Of a stretch of 64,000 bases of DNA, positions 1 through 12,368 are shown piece after piece; within the stretch, counting starts at the first letter, position 1, and each line of letters opens with the position of its first letter. Source of the DNA: Eledone cirrhosa (Eukaryota); the NCBI GenBank assembly GCA_964016885.1, contig OZ024743.1, positions 356,190,001 through 356,254,000 on the forward strand, given 5' to 3'. Under the pieces are notes generated by a model. The model saw only the letters and a list, made by a program, of their open reading frames with translations. It ran no database searches and had not been told where the DNA came from. Both the position numbers and the translations under genes were made by a program.

Positions 1-175
1 GGTGTTCAACTGAAGGTCGTACGTAATATTGTGAGTTCGGCCCCGGGTGCTATGTTGCTTCCTTAAGCAAGACACTTTATTTTCTGTTGCTCCAGTCCAC
101 TCAGCTGGCAGAAAGTTTTATCTTTAATTTAAAGGGCCAGTTTTGTCACACTTGTGTCACGTGAATCTCCATGAC
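1..175 (+). mobile_element. tRNA-derived SINE fragment (CORE-like), truncated by window edge
   Basis: B-box-like GAGTTCGGCCCC, then TCCTTAAGCAAGACACTT..TGTTGCTCCAGTCCACTCAGCTG; similar to the copy at 36467-36745. Confidence 0.6.
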
Positions 176-1251
176 TATCCTCAAATTATTTCTAAAAATA
201 ATAAAAATAAACAAGAGGTGTTTCTAGTTTATTCAGTGACTGTTAATAACTTAGAGTATACACACTATCATACAGTTAGGTAACACATCATAAAATAAAT
301 ATTGTTATTTTAATCATATGCAGAGCTCCAAAATTTATATTATGGTATTTCCTCAATTGTCAGTATTAAGTGTCCGTTATGGGAATTTTCTTTTAATTAA
401 ACATTTCATCAAATGTATTTTTAGATATAGGGTAAATTTTTATTCTCTGTAGATCAAAGAAGTGGTGTGTGAGAAGTGGTGTGGGAGAATATTTTGTTTC
501 ATTTCATATCTCGCGAAGTTATTTCCAGTTATTTTCAGAATGTGTACTAGTGTTTAGGCTAAACTTCTTATGTGACAAATATTACTCAAGTTAACAAAAC
601 ATATTCCATCATCGCACTATATTTTCCAAATGTAGTGTAAAAAGTGGTCAATTCGCTACAATCTATGGAGGAGATGAGAAACTTAATGATAAATGCTAAA
701 GAAATCTAGGAAAGGAAAAGAGCTGTCATAAACAACATATTCAGATGAAATTAAAATTATGCATGGAATAAGAAGTATTATATATTTAATCCGATATTTT
801 ACAAGCACCGCAACATATGTTACGCTGACATTGAAAACAAGGAGCTGGATATAGGTAATAGATTACAGGATATATAAGGAATGGAAGCTGAATTTCGCCG
901 TACTCGTCTCCAGAAAAGTTTGGTTATCAACGTGATTTTACTTTGATAGGTTTAGTTACCAAGAACAACCGCAACAAAAACTGGTAGGAATTTATGAGGA
1001 AAAAGCTTTATGACTGATATTTGCCCCCCCCCCCTCCCGCACCCCGGCCCCGTTTTTGTTTTTTTTTGTACATCCATCCATTCACTAATTCATTTACTGC
1101 CATCCCCCTCCATTCAGCCCCTTTTCGCTCTCGTTTTCTGGCACCTCCATATATATGTATGTATACAGACGTACAATAGTATGTATATATATATATATAT
1201 TCATACATGCACACATATATATAATACTGTACGTCTGTATACATATATGTA

Positions 1252-1572
1252 GCCAGGGTAAAACCGTACCAGCAGCTAGGAGCATGCTCGGGGCTCCATA
1301 TGACAGGTAGGCCAGCGGGTAGGCAGAGGGCGCTCGGCTGAGGCAGGCCTCGAGCAGATGATCCCGGCGTAAAGAGTTAAAGGCATATCTCATGTCAAGC
1401 TTCACAATGAGGTGTATGGAATCCCTGGATGCCGGTACCGATGGGTAGCTGCTGAAGAACTGCCTGATTGCATGAGCGGCTCCCTCTCAGCCACCGGACA
1501 CGCCGACACCTAGTTGCACCGGACTAAACTCCTCACCCAGTTCGTGTGTGATGGACTTGCAGATGACCTTGG
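1252..1572 (-). mobile_element. CRE/SLACS-clade non-LTR retrotransposon, internal RT fragment (pseudogene)
   Basis: Minus-strand translation SPVQLGVGVSGG*EGAAHAIR...KLDMRYAFNSLRRD matches CRE RT motifs PxQLGVG..GGCE..HA and KLDxxNAFN; flanked by CATATATGTA on both sides (1242-1251, 1573-1582). Confidence 0.8.
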
Positions 1573-1780
1573 CATATATGTATGTACGTATGCATACTTA
1601 TATTTAAGTAACAGCCGTACTAAGACTGAGAAATGAAATTTCGTTTCATTTTTTCCGTTTATCGTTTTCGGTGCGCCCGGCCGATTAACTCACTCGATAT
1701 GCAAACTAGGCTGCTCAGCCGTTAATATGCACAAGGAAAGTATATACTTTCAGATGTTCAACCATCTGGCAGGAAGATAT

Positions 1781-1823
1781 ACGTTGCTGACGATAGCTAA
1801 TAAGCTTGAAACTAGTACAGCTT
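1781..1823 (+). ncRNA. Minimal type I hammerhead ribozyme
   Basis: GTTG-CTGACGA-T-AGCT(AATA)AGCT-T-GAAAC-TA-GTA|CAGC; palindromic ACTAGT in stem III; predicted cut after 1817. Confidence 0.8.
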
Positions 1824-2209
1824 TCCTTTGTCAGTGTTGAACAAATGAGCAACGATGGTTGCTAGACACTGTACGGTTTAATTCGAGATGTTTGTTTACA
1901 AACACACCAAGCATTATAATAAATGTTCGGTGAATCCATACGTATATATATATATATGTGTGCATGTATGTATATATATACATACTACTGTACGTCTGAT
2001 TACATATATGTATGTACGTATACATACTTATATTTAAGTAACAGCCGTACTAAGAGTGATAAATGAAATTTCGTTTCATTTTTTCCGTTTATCGTTTTCG
2101 GTACCCCGACCGATTAATTCACACGATATGCAAATTAGGCTGCTCAGCCGTTAATATGCATAAGGAAAGTATTTACTTTCAGACGTTCAGCCATCTGGCA
2201 GGAAAATAT

Positions 2210-2252
2210 ACGTTGCTGACGATAGCTAATAAGCTTGAAACTAGTACAGCGT
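2210..2252 (+). ncRNA. Minimal type I hammerhead ribozyme
   Basis: ACGTTG-CTGACGA-TAGCTAATAAGCTT-GAAACTAGTA|CAGCGT; 6-bp stem I with one G-U; predicted cut after 2246. Confidence 0.85.
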
Positions 2253-2527
2253 TCCTTTGTCAGTGTTGAACAAATGAGCAACGATGGTTGCTAGACACTG
2301 TACGGCTTAATTCGGGATGTTTGTTTACAAAAACACCGAGCATTATAATAAATGTTCGGTGAATCCATACGTACATATATATATATATATGTGTGCATGT
2401 ATGTACATATATATATATACACATACTGTACGTCTGTTTACATATATGTATGTACGTATACATACTTATATGTAAGTAACAGCCGTACTAAGAGTGAGAA
2501 ATGAAATTTCGTTTCATTTTTTCCGTT

Positions 2528-2691
<164 letters not shown>

Positions 2692-3064
2692 TTGTATGTG
2701 TGTGGCGGGGTTGTGTGTGTTCAGCATCAACACAATTTATTATACGTCTTGAACTCATTCAAGATTTACCGCTTGAACCTCCCTCCCCCCCATACCTGTT
2801 TTGCTCGATCTGTGGTCCCACCACGCTTTCGTATCGACTCTCCCCTTCACTCTCTTCCCTTTTTTCTCTCTCTCGTTCTCTCTCTCTCTTTCTCTCTCTC
2901 TTACTCTCTCTCTCTCTATCCATCTGCTCGTTTTCGATCGTTTACGATATGCTTCACATATGTCGTACAACTCCTCTGGTTTCGATCGTTTACGACGTTT
3001 TACAACTGTCGTGAAACTCTTTTGGATTATCTCCCTTTCCTTTCTCCCCCTCACTTCCGGTTGG

Positions 3065-3068
<4 letters not shown>

Positions 3069-3155
<87 letters not shown>
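3069..3155. repeat. (TC)n microsatellite
   Basis: Direct reading. Confidence 0.97.
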
Positions 3156-3572
3156 TCACTTCGATTGAGAGGGCACGGTACGACTAGGCTCCTGTTATCA
3201 CACCCCCAGACTTATGTCTAATCGGTACGCTATTACTTATTCTATTCTATTTTTTTCCTCAATTACTCACTTGCATGTTCCATTGTCCTCTGTCCCCCGA
3301 CAATTTGGTCTGTTTAACCGTTTTTCTCTTTCTTCTTCTCTCCTCACTACTTTTCCCCTTTTCTTCTTCTTTTTTTCTTTTCTCTCCCTCATGGCCTTTT
3401 GGTGGATAAAAGACCTTGGGCGCGCCGCTGATCACTTTTAGATGTCCTGTATTAAACACCGAAATATCTTGATCCCGGTTTACAGCTGATGAAGGATTTC
3501 TATTCTTCTCTTGTTTCGTCTATACTACCATCTTAAACTATGTTTACAGTAACCGCACAGCTCGTTTCGTTT

Positions 3573-3650
<78 letters not shown>

Positions 3651-4031
3651 CGTGTGTGTGTGTGTATGTGTGAATACACCACTCATTCAAGTGCCATTTA
3701 CTATAAACGGCAAAATACTTACAAAGTGCCAATAAAATTTCCAATGAAAAGCAACGATTTCAGGTAATTAAAGGATGAATTGCTACTGCAATTAATAAAT
3801 TAAGGTGAAAGCTGTGGGATGGGTTCCGACAGAGGTATAGTTGGTTCTAGCATGAAGTTCACTATTAAGGGACAAAAACGAATCGACACTGGCAGCTTTC
3901 AGATTAATCATTTGCATGCTCCAGAAAAAGTGTATTTGTGAAAAATATTGATCCCCCAACACAATCTGAAACCGTTGTTACACACGTAACTAACACACAC
4001 ACACATATATATATATATAAATAAATAAATA

Positions 4032-4065
<34 letters not shown>

Positions 4066-4519
4066 GTATAGAAATTATTGTGAGCAAGAAGTCAACAGTA
4101 TTTCATTATATATAAGTGACTATAGCGTCAAAATGGAAAAATAGTTAACATATATAGATGTGGGAAAATAATTCAAACTCAATTCAAATCTATATAATAG
4201 ATGTGGGAAAATAATTCAAACTCAATTCAAAAAGAATCAGGATATAGATTCATCCAACAAAATTTAGTGAAATCCAGGGAAAAATCAATAGAGCCTTAAC
4301 TCAGAATAAAATAAAGTTTAAAATACTCATCCTTCAATTTGGAAAAACTACAAATGCTCTGTATAGTCTTAAAAAAGACTATTTCACGAAACTTTCAGTG
4401 GGGATGGTCACGGTTGGAGTCGATCATCAGCAGAGCTCAAAGACACGATAACCAAAGGGCCACTGTTTATAATATGCCAAAAAGGGAATTTAAAAACAGG
4501 CTAGTTCAACACACACACA

Positions 4520-4592
<73 letters not shown>

Positions 4593-4656
4593 ATATAGAA
4601 GGTGCTGCAGAAGATACTTTCATACTTTACAGAGGACCGTGTAACCGCACCGTGTA

Positions 4657-4689
<33 letters not shown>

Positions 4690-4731
4690 GTGTGTGTATA
4701 TTGTATATATATATATGTATATATATGTATT

Positions 4732-4763
<32 letters not shown>

Positions 4764-5050
4764 GCTGCAACGAAGTTATCGAATAGGACCTATATACCTT
4801 CGCTCGTGTTCACGCTCACTGAATGCTTTATTTAAGTCAGTTTCTTTAAGATACCGACCAAACGAAAGCGAGTGCACGAAAACGATTTCGTGTGGCTACG
4901 AAACCTTTCTGACACCGTACTAACGCATTAGTGTCTTCTACTCCATCTGCTGGCAACAGACCATATGGAACTGACGTGCACAGAAATGAGGCAAGTATTG
5001 AGTACGGTATTGAATTGTTGTTCCTTTCTGATACTCGTGGGAAAGCCATA

Positions 5051-5112
<62 letters not shown>

Positions 5113-5183
5113 TATGGCTTTCTCACGAAGTTGAACAATATTCATGGTACGTCAAATTTATTTATAAAACTGCTTATATATTG

Positions 5184-5249
5184 TATTTTATCTGAAGAAG
5201 GCATGCCATATTTCTAATATGGTATCCCTGAAATATGTATAATGAAATA
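5184..5249 (+). ncRNA. Type I hammerhead ribozyme (CUGAAGA variant, long stem II)
   Basis: TATTTTAT-CTGAAGA-AGG..GCCATATT(TCT)AATATGGT..CCT-GAAATATGTATA|ATGAAATA; 8-bp stem I; lies in a short segment between two (TA)n tracts. Confidence 0.7.
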
Positions 5250-5290
5250 AATATGGTTTTATAAATATAGTTTCCATTTGTTTAATATCG

Positions 5291-5323
<33 letters not shown>

Positions 5324-5364
5324 ATATATAGTATATATATTTATATATATATAGATATTATATA

Positions 5365-5486
<122 letters not shown>

Positions 5487-7588
5487 GTGTGTGTGTGTGG
5501 GTGTGTGTGTGGGTGGGTGTGTGTGTGTGTCTGATGGTAGCTAAGATGCTTCCATAGGCGGTGTGCCGGTTGAGCACTCTATGTTCTTACAGAGCAGAGT
5601 ATGATATAATATAAAACAAAAAATCAGTGATGCATCTGGTTTTTTCGTTTTATATTATGAACCTAATGCTAACACTTTGTACTGCCTCTTCGCTTTGTTT
5701 TTGTCTCTTTGTTCTCTGTTTTAACTATAATATATATATGTGTGTGTGTGTGTGTGTATATAATTGAGTATTATTTTCCGAAAAGTAATGGAAGGGAACC
5801 ACAATTCCATATTTATTAAATGAGTTACATATTTATTTCATTTGCAAATGACTCATAGAAGACTAGAAAAGTTTCATTCACTAAAAACCATGTAGAAATA
5901 CAACTTCATCAGACGGAATTGTTCTGGATTGTATATACCCGTAATGTTAATTAAAGTTTCGTGAAACTTCACAGAAGTTCAAGTCTTTTACATTTAACCG
6001 TAGTACTACGCACAAGGCGCGTTTTGTTTTAATGCCTTTGTGTTTGTGTCAGTTTACACTTGGTTACTTACTTATGAGTCTTGTCATTAGCTAACTTTAG
6101 TAGAGCATGTTGTGAAATATATGAGTTACTATATTGATTTCTCAACGTTACATTCATATAAATTCTAACATTGGAATATACCATATAAATGACAAATCTA
6201 TCAGTCTCAATCACACCCAATAAAAGTTGTATGATTTCAGACTCATGCACGTTACGTTTCACCATTTCAAGGTAAATGAATGAGAGAAAAATATACAGTG
6301 ATAGATCGGCCTGATTTGCATATTACTCACTGTATCAGTCACTGTATATTTTAGAAAATATCATATATTTTCACTAGCTCCGACAGTTGACAGCCAAACA
6401 GTATACTGTACTGATGAAGCGGAATCACCCAGAAACATTAGTGAATGCAGTTCTGTTTACATGCCAACACAAGAACAAGAATGACGAGGTCATTCTACTG
6501 ACATGGCTTTAAAGAGGTTTGTTTGCATAATTGCAAACGAATCGAATATCATTATTAATTTTCGAAAACCTCAGATTATATTTATTGTATTCAGCCATGT
6601 AGAGCGATAAACTATTTGTTAGTTATTTGAATATGGTAAAGCCGGCCATTAATCGCTCGTATACATGAAACTGACTGGCCTATCTGTTAATATGCAACTC
6701 TGGCTGATCAGTGGGTCTGCTAATATGCAAATCTGGCTGATAAGTGGGTCTGCTAATATAGAGATCTGACTGATCTCGACTGAACCTCGATCAAAATGTT
6801 ATGTGATATCATTGTCGGATGTTAGTATTCTGCGTTGATATTCGGCCATGGTGCAAACGTCTACGTTTAATTGCCCTAAACAGTTGAGCACTGAGTTCAA
6901 CAAGCACTTGGTCAGTATAAACAGATAAGCTTAAATAATACTTAGTTGTTGAGGTTACATCCAGATGTAAATTGAATGCGGTTCATTGGAATATATAAAT
7001 ATGTACAAACATTTCAAAAGTAGGATTATCAATGAAACAATTCCATCAAAACTTCCACCAAATTGTGTCATAACAGTCTTTATATTGTTGTTTGAGACAG
7101 AAGAGGAAATTACGTACATTTATAAACGTCAAAGGTTCGGCAGTTGTGAAATATCTTTCAAAAGGAGTAAGGAAAATAAAATATATGAAAATCTGAGCAG
7201 ATTAAAAGTATTGTTAGAAAAAGAAAAACAAGAATATGAAAATGCAGTGAAACAAAATGGCGTAAAACACTGTTTACATTGTCAGAGATATTACAGATTT
7301 AAAGGACATCAACAGGATAACAGTGAAAGACAATGAAGGAAATATATTGCCATCAGAAGAAAAGTAAAATGCAAAGCCAGCTGTCAAATAACCTAATCAT
7401 GACCTAAACAACTATATACACACCAAATAAAATATATAGTAAAAGACTCCAAATATGCACAAAACACATTCCCATATAAAACAATAACAAAATCCATTCA
7501 AATTACTGGTACTGTGGTGACGAACGTCGTTAGGTTGCAGTTGTCCTGGTAGGTGGTTTCTGTTTAGCTGCAACGACATACCCATTAT

Positions 7589-7614
<26 letters not shown>

Positions 7615-7621
<7 letters not shown>

Positions 7622-7760
7622 ACGAAGGAAGTGTGGCAAGGAACCAGGTGGACCATAACGCACCAGGGTACTCAATACTTAGGGTATAGAGTAGGTAATA
7701 GGAGTCCAGAAATAGCCGTTGAAACGGCTCGAGCACTGCCGTCGGGTTCTTGTACATTTT

Positions 7761-7794
<34 letters not shown>

Positions 7795-7980
7795 AACCAG
7801 TAAGACCCCGACAGCTGAGCTCAAGCCGTTTCGACGGCTAATTCTCCAGAATTAGCCGTCGAAACGGCTTGAGCTCAGCTGTCGGGGTCTTACTGGTTCC
7901 TATTACCCACTCTACTACCTCAAGTATTGAGTACTTTGGTGCGTTATGGTCCACCTGGTTCCTTACCACATTTCCTTCGT

Positions 7981-7985
<5 letters not shown>
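7615..7985. mobile_element. Rearranged short PLE-type 3' end copies (fold-back and inversion) inside (TA)n
   Basis: 56-bp perfect arms 7790-7845/7848-7903; 7621-7703 is an inverted copy of about 7898-7981; same family at 35301-35440. Confidence 0.65.
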
Positions 7986-8011
<26 letters not shown>

Positions 8012-8039
8012 GTAGTAACACAACAGTTAGTTCACCATA

Positions 8040-8079
8040 CCGAGAACAATTGTTTCACCTTAGAGGATCCTCAGTTCGG
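8040..8079 (-). ncRNA. Minimal type I hammerhead ribozyme in PLE 3' UTR
   Basis: CCGAA-CTGAGGA-TCCTCTAAGGT-GAAACAATTGTT|CTCGG; one stem I mismatch. Confidence 0.75.
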
Positions 8080-8299
8080 AATGGGCATGGTTATAGGAAC
8101 AGGAAGGACAACGGTACGAACGCGCATGCGCAGAAACCCGGTCAATTCACACAAGCAATACTAGACTGCGTGCGAGAGGTGTAAGGGAAATAACTGCGAA
8201 AGTCCGAAAAGTTTTTAGGTTGAAAATAAAATTACAAAGAATCAGTCCGGAGCCTTGTAGTTATGCAATAAGTGTTTGGCGACGTGTGGACAACGTGTG

Positions 8300-9147
8300 A
8301 AAAATTCATTTCTCGTGTTTAGGCAATCACTATTGCGTAATCTCTTTAGAATAGTTATTCGTTCGTCAATATATATGCCACACATCGGATTTCACCTTGC
8401 GTATGGTTTGGACTTAGTGATGGCTTTCCATTGAATGGAGTAGTCTATACTTGAGACCTTGAGGGACCATACGTGGCTCGCGAGTTTCTTGGATGAACGT
8501 CTGTCCGGGTATCTGAAGGTAGACTGATGGTTCAGGAAACGTTCCTTAAATCAGCCCTCCGCCATGCCCACATAGGATTTGACCTCCTGTGGTTGGTTTG
8601 GTCGGTTGGGAGTGACCACAGCTTCATAAATTACAGCTGGTGTGTTGCATTGCTGTTGAAGCGGGCAAGCTTCAGGCTTACGGCAAGAGCACCCTGGTGG
8701 GGTGTTGCTCCTAGGGCTGCTGGTGATGTGGGCCTTCAGGTTCTTAGCGCAGGAGTATCCTAGTTTAACTTTGTGTCGGTTAAAGATGGAGCGGTATTTA
8801 TGACCTATGGGAAAGTGTCTATCTACGAGGGCTAGAAATGTTTTTCCTACATTGGTTTTAACGTTGAGTGAGAAGGGAGGAGAGAACCAGATAGTTTGTC
8901 TATTGTTGCGCTTACTTTTCGTAATGGTGTTGTTGCTAGTGGGAGAATAATTGATAGGTTGTGAGAAGCCGCTGTTAGCCAACGCCGTGTTATAGTAGCG
9001 TGCCGCCCTGTCAAAGATAGCATTATTAGAGGAGAGGTTTGAGATTCTAGTACTGATATTCTTAACGAAGTTGTCCACACGTCGCCAAACACCTATTGCA
9101 TAACTACAAGTACTGATATTCTTAACACGTTGTCCACACGTCGCCAA
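8300..9147 (-). pseudogene. PLE ORF C-terminus (thumb, linker, GIY-YIG endonuclease), interrupted by a stop
   Basis: ORF 8551-9147 with IWFSPPFS..NVGKTFL..HFP..IFNR..KLGYSC and VIYEA/YVG motifs. Confidence 0.85.
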
Positions 9148-9344
9148 ACACCTATTGCATAACTACAAGGCTCCGGACTGATTTTTTGTAATTTTTATTT
9201 TCAACCTAAAAACTTTTCGGACTTTCGCAATCATCTCCCTTACACCTCTCGCACGCAGTCTAGTATTGCCTGTGTGAAGTGACCGGGTTTCTGCGCATGC
9301 GCGTTCGTACGGTTGTCCTTCCTGTTCCTATAACCATGCCGATT

Positions 9345-9384
9345 CCGAGCTGAGGATCCGCTAAGGTGAAACAATTGTTCTCGG
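9345..9384 (+). ncRNA. Minimal type I hammerhead ribozyme in inverted pLTR
   Basis: CCGAG-CTGAGGA-TCCGCTAAGGT-GAAACAATTGTT|CTCGG; perfect stem I; palindromic AACAATTGTT. Confidence 0.85.
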
Positions 9385-9481
9385 TATGGTGAACTAACTG
9401 TTGTGTAACCACTTGTTCCTAACTCGTCCCATGGACTGAGTGCTCTACCACTACGGATATTACCTTCCAGTGTTCCACCAC

Positions 9482-9514
<33 letters not shown>

Positions 9515-9687
9515 ATGTGCGTCGGTGTACGTGAGAGTATTTATATGTATGTATAAGTATATGTATATGTATATATGCATATATATATACATGTATTTAT
9601 ACATACACACATTCTTGTCCCCTCATAAAAACAATGATCCACTATTTTGGGGACAGATATTCTGAACTGAAATTAACCAACAACAGT

Positions 9688-9840
<153 letters not shown>

Positions 9841-11411
9841 TAAAGCAACGTTCACCAGAGGAAAGCAGCTGAAGAGTTCAGACATTAATCTTGATCGGGG
9901 GAACGTGATAAGGGAACTTGATCAAGAAAAAACTTACAAATATCTAGGTGTTTGTGAAGGAGACGGAATCAAGCACTCGACAATGAGGGAAAGGATAAGG
10001 AAGGAATGTTACCGCAGAGTAAGAGCAATCTTAAGGACGGAATTGAATGCAAGGAATAGGATCAATGGCATAAACACGCTTGCCATACCAGTAGTAACCT
10101 ACAGTTACAATGTCATCAACTGGTCAAGCACAGAGATCCGTAGGCTCGATACAAAAATTCGAAAATTCTTAACCATGCACAGAATGCATCACCCTAAGGC
10201 AGATATAGATAGAATATATCTCCCTAGGAAAGAAGGAGGACGTGGGTTAATCCAGTTAGACATTGCGTTGAAAACTGCAACAATTGGATTATCTACATAT
10301 CTAAGGGAATCACATGATTAGATGATCAAACTCGTTTTGAAACACGAAAGCATCAAAAGATCATATTCCATTACAAAAGATGCACAAAGATACAGTAATG
10401 GACCACAAATTTCAGAAGTCCCATTTACTGCTGAAATGGAAAATACAGAAAAAGCAAAGCAGGTAAAAGTAACTGCAAAGAAAGAACTGCTACAGAAACT
10501 GGCTAAGAAATGGCAAGAGAAGCCTCTGTATGGAAAATATCCAGAGCGAGCTAACAATCCTGATGTTGACAAAACTTTAACCCATCAGTGGTTGGCATCC
10601 TCTGGACTGAAATCGGAGACTGAAGGACTAATTATATCAGCACAAGATCAGTGTCTGCCAACAAAAAATTACCAAGCCAACATAATAAAAAAATGGATGC
10701 AGCCCATTATGCCGTGTATGCAAAAAACAACCAGAGACCATTGACCATATAATTTCAATGTGCAGTCCTATAGCTCCAACCGAATACCTAAACAGGCTGC
10801 ACAATACATACATTGGATAATGTGTAAGCATTTTGACCTGCCCCATCAAAAGAATTGGTGGGAGCATCAACCACCTCCCATACTTGAAAAAGATCACATC
10901 TCAATCTTGTGGAACTTTAGCATCCAAACAGACCGAACAATAGATGCAAATAGACCTGATATAATATTGAAGGACTTTAAAAAGAGGGTATGTCTGCTAA
11001 TTGATATGTCTGTTCCAATAGACAAGAATGTATCTATAAAAGCATTTGAAAAATTGAGCAAGTATAAGGACCTGGAGATAGAAATTGGAAAAATGTGGAA
11101 ATTGAGAACTAAAACAATACCAGTGGTTGTAGGTGCTCTGGGAATGATACCTAAGGGGTATAATGATTACTTATCGCAAATCCCAGGAAACCCGCGTATA
11201 GGAGAAATACAAAAGATAGTACTAATGGGAACTGCCCATATACTAAGGAAGATTCTGTCAATATAAGTACATCACAAGTCTAAACACTAAAGATGCATGT
11301 GTGAGTATGTATGTTCTTTCTTGAACATGGCGGACCTTGTTGTCTCTTGAGGTCACTGGTTGTGACTTGGTGATAACTCGTATGAACATAAAGCAAGATA
11401 AATGCAACTGT

Positions 11412-11413
<2 letters not shown>
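9841..11413 (+). mobile_element. R4/Dong-clade non-LTR retrotransposon, family A, 5'-truncated and frameshifted
   Basis: YKYLG, DRIYLPRKEGGRGL, SETEGLIISAQDQ, CCHC finger and RLE motifs RPDII..LIDMSVP..KLSKYKDL across ORFs 9905-11266; between (TAA)n tracts. Confidence 0.92.
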
Positions 11414-11458
<45 letters not shown>

Positions 11459-11461
<3 letters not shown>

Positions 11462-12346
11462 TAGGCCAGGGGATGTCGAAGGAGGAAATAACATCAAGGA
11501 GAAAGAGCAGCCTTCAGGAAAACTCCCTTCATAGTACCTTCTTTGAGAAAACTGAATTTAGAGATCCACAGACATGGAACTGGTTGAAAAGAGGAGACCT
11601 TAAAAAGGCTACAGAAGGAATGTTAATGGCTGCGCAGGAGCAGGCCCTCAAAACGAAGTGGTTGAAACACCACATTTACAAGGAGGAGGCTAGCCCACTG
11701 TGCAGGATCTGTGGAGAGAGAGAGGAGACTGTGGCTCACATTGTATCCGAGTGTAAACACCTTGCCCAGACTCACTATAAGGGCTGGAGACATGATGTGA
11801 TGGGCAGGGTGCTCCACTGGCACCTATGCAAAGTAAACAATTTACTACATTCTGAGAAGTGGTATGAGCATAAGCCAGAGGCGGTGATAGAAAACGATCA
11901 GGTGAAGGTGCTGTGGGATTTTAGGATACAGACGGACAAGAAACTGGAACAAAATAGACCTGACCTGGTGGTTTTGGACAAAGAAAAAAGATCGTGCCTG
12001 ATTGTGGATGTGGCCTGCCCATTCGACACGAGAGTGCAAGAGAAGGAGAGGGACAAAATTAACCGATACCAGGACTTAAAGTGGGAGGTAAAAAGGATTT
12101 GGAACTGCCATGAAGTCAAAGTGATCCCGATTGTCATAGGCGCACTAGGGACTATCTCAAAAAGTTTCCAGGGATGGTTAAAGAAAATTGGCCCCTTCAC
12201 GCTTTCTGGAACGCTTCAAAAGGCATGCTTGCTGGGAACAGCAAGAACCCTCCGATACGTCCTGAATATCTGAGGCTGCAGGTAGTGGCTTGATATTCAT
12301 TTCAACAAACTTTCCAGTTAACTAACATCAATGACTGAGACTCAAA
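11459..12346 (+). mobile_element. R4/Dong-clade element, family B, 3' fragment (CCHC plus RLE)
   Basis: ORF 11473-12273: TEGMLMAAQEQAL, CRICGEREETVAHIVSEC, RPDLVV..IVDVACP..KINRYQDL; ends in (TAA)n. Confidence 0.92.
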
Positions 12347-12368
12347 AAATAATAATAATAATAATAAT

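Larger units (their letters stand above)
8010..9414 (-). mobile_element. 5'-truncated Penelope-like element with inverted pseudo-LTR
   Basis: Minus-strand Cys-rich linker and GIY-YIG (CSCRKPEACPL..VIYEAVV..SYVGMAEG*); about 290-bp inverted arms 8010-8298/9125-9414, each with a hammerhead; abuts (TA)n. Confidence 0.88.

Noticed and set aside
3440-3575. TACAGCTGATGAAGG hammerhead-like core before a (TA)n tract
   Set aside because: No downstream stem II closure or GAAA (the nearest GAAA lies upstream); at best a broken PLE 3' end
5860-5920. Minus-strand CTGATGAAG...GAAAC
   Set aside because: No convincing stems I-III
6986-7336. 116-aa K/E-rich ORF
   Set aside because: No recognisable motif; may be a PLE N-terminal remnant, but this cannot be supported by eye
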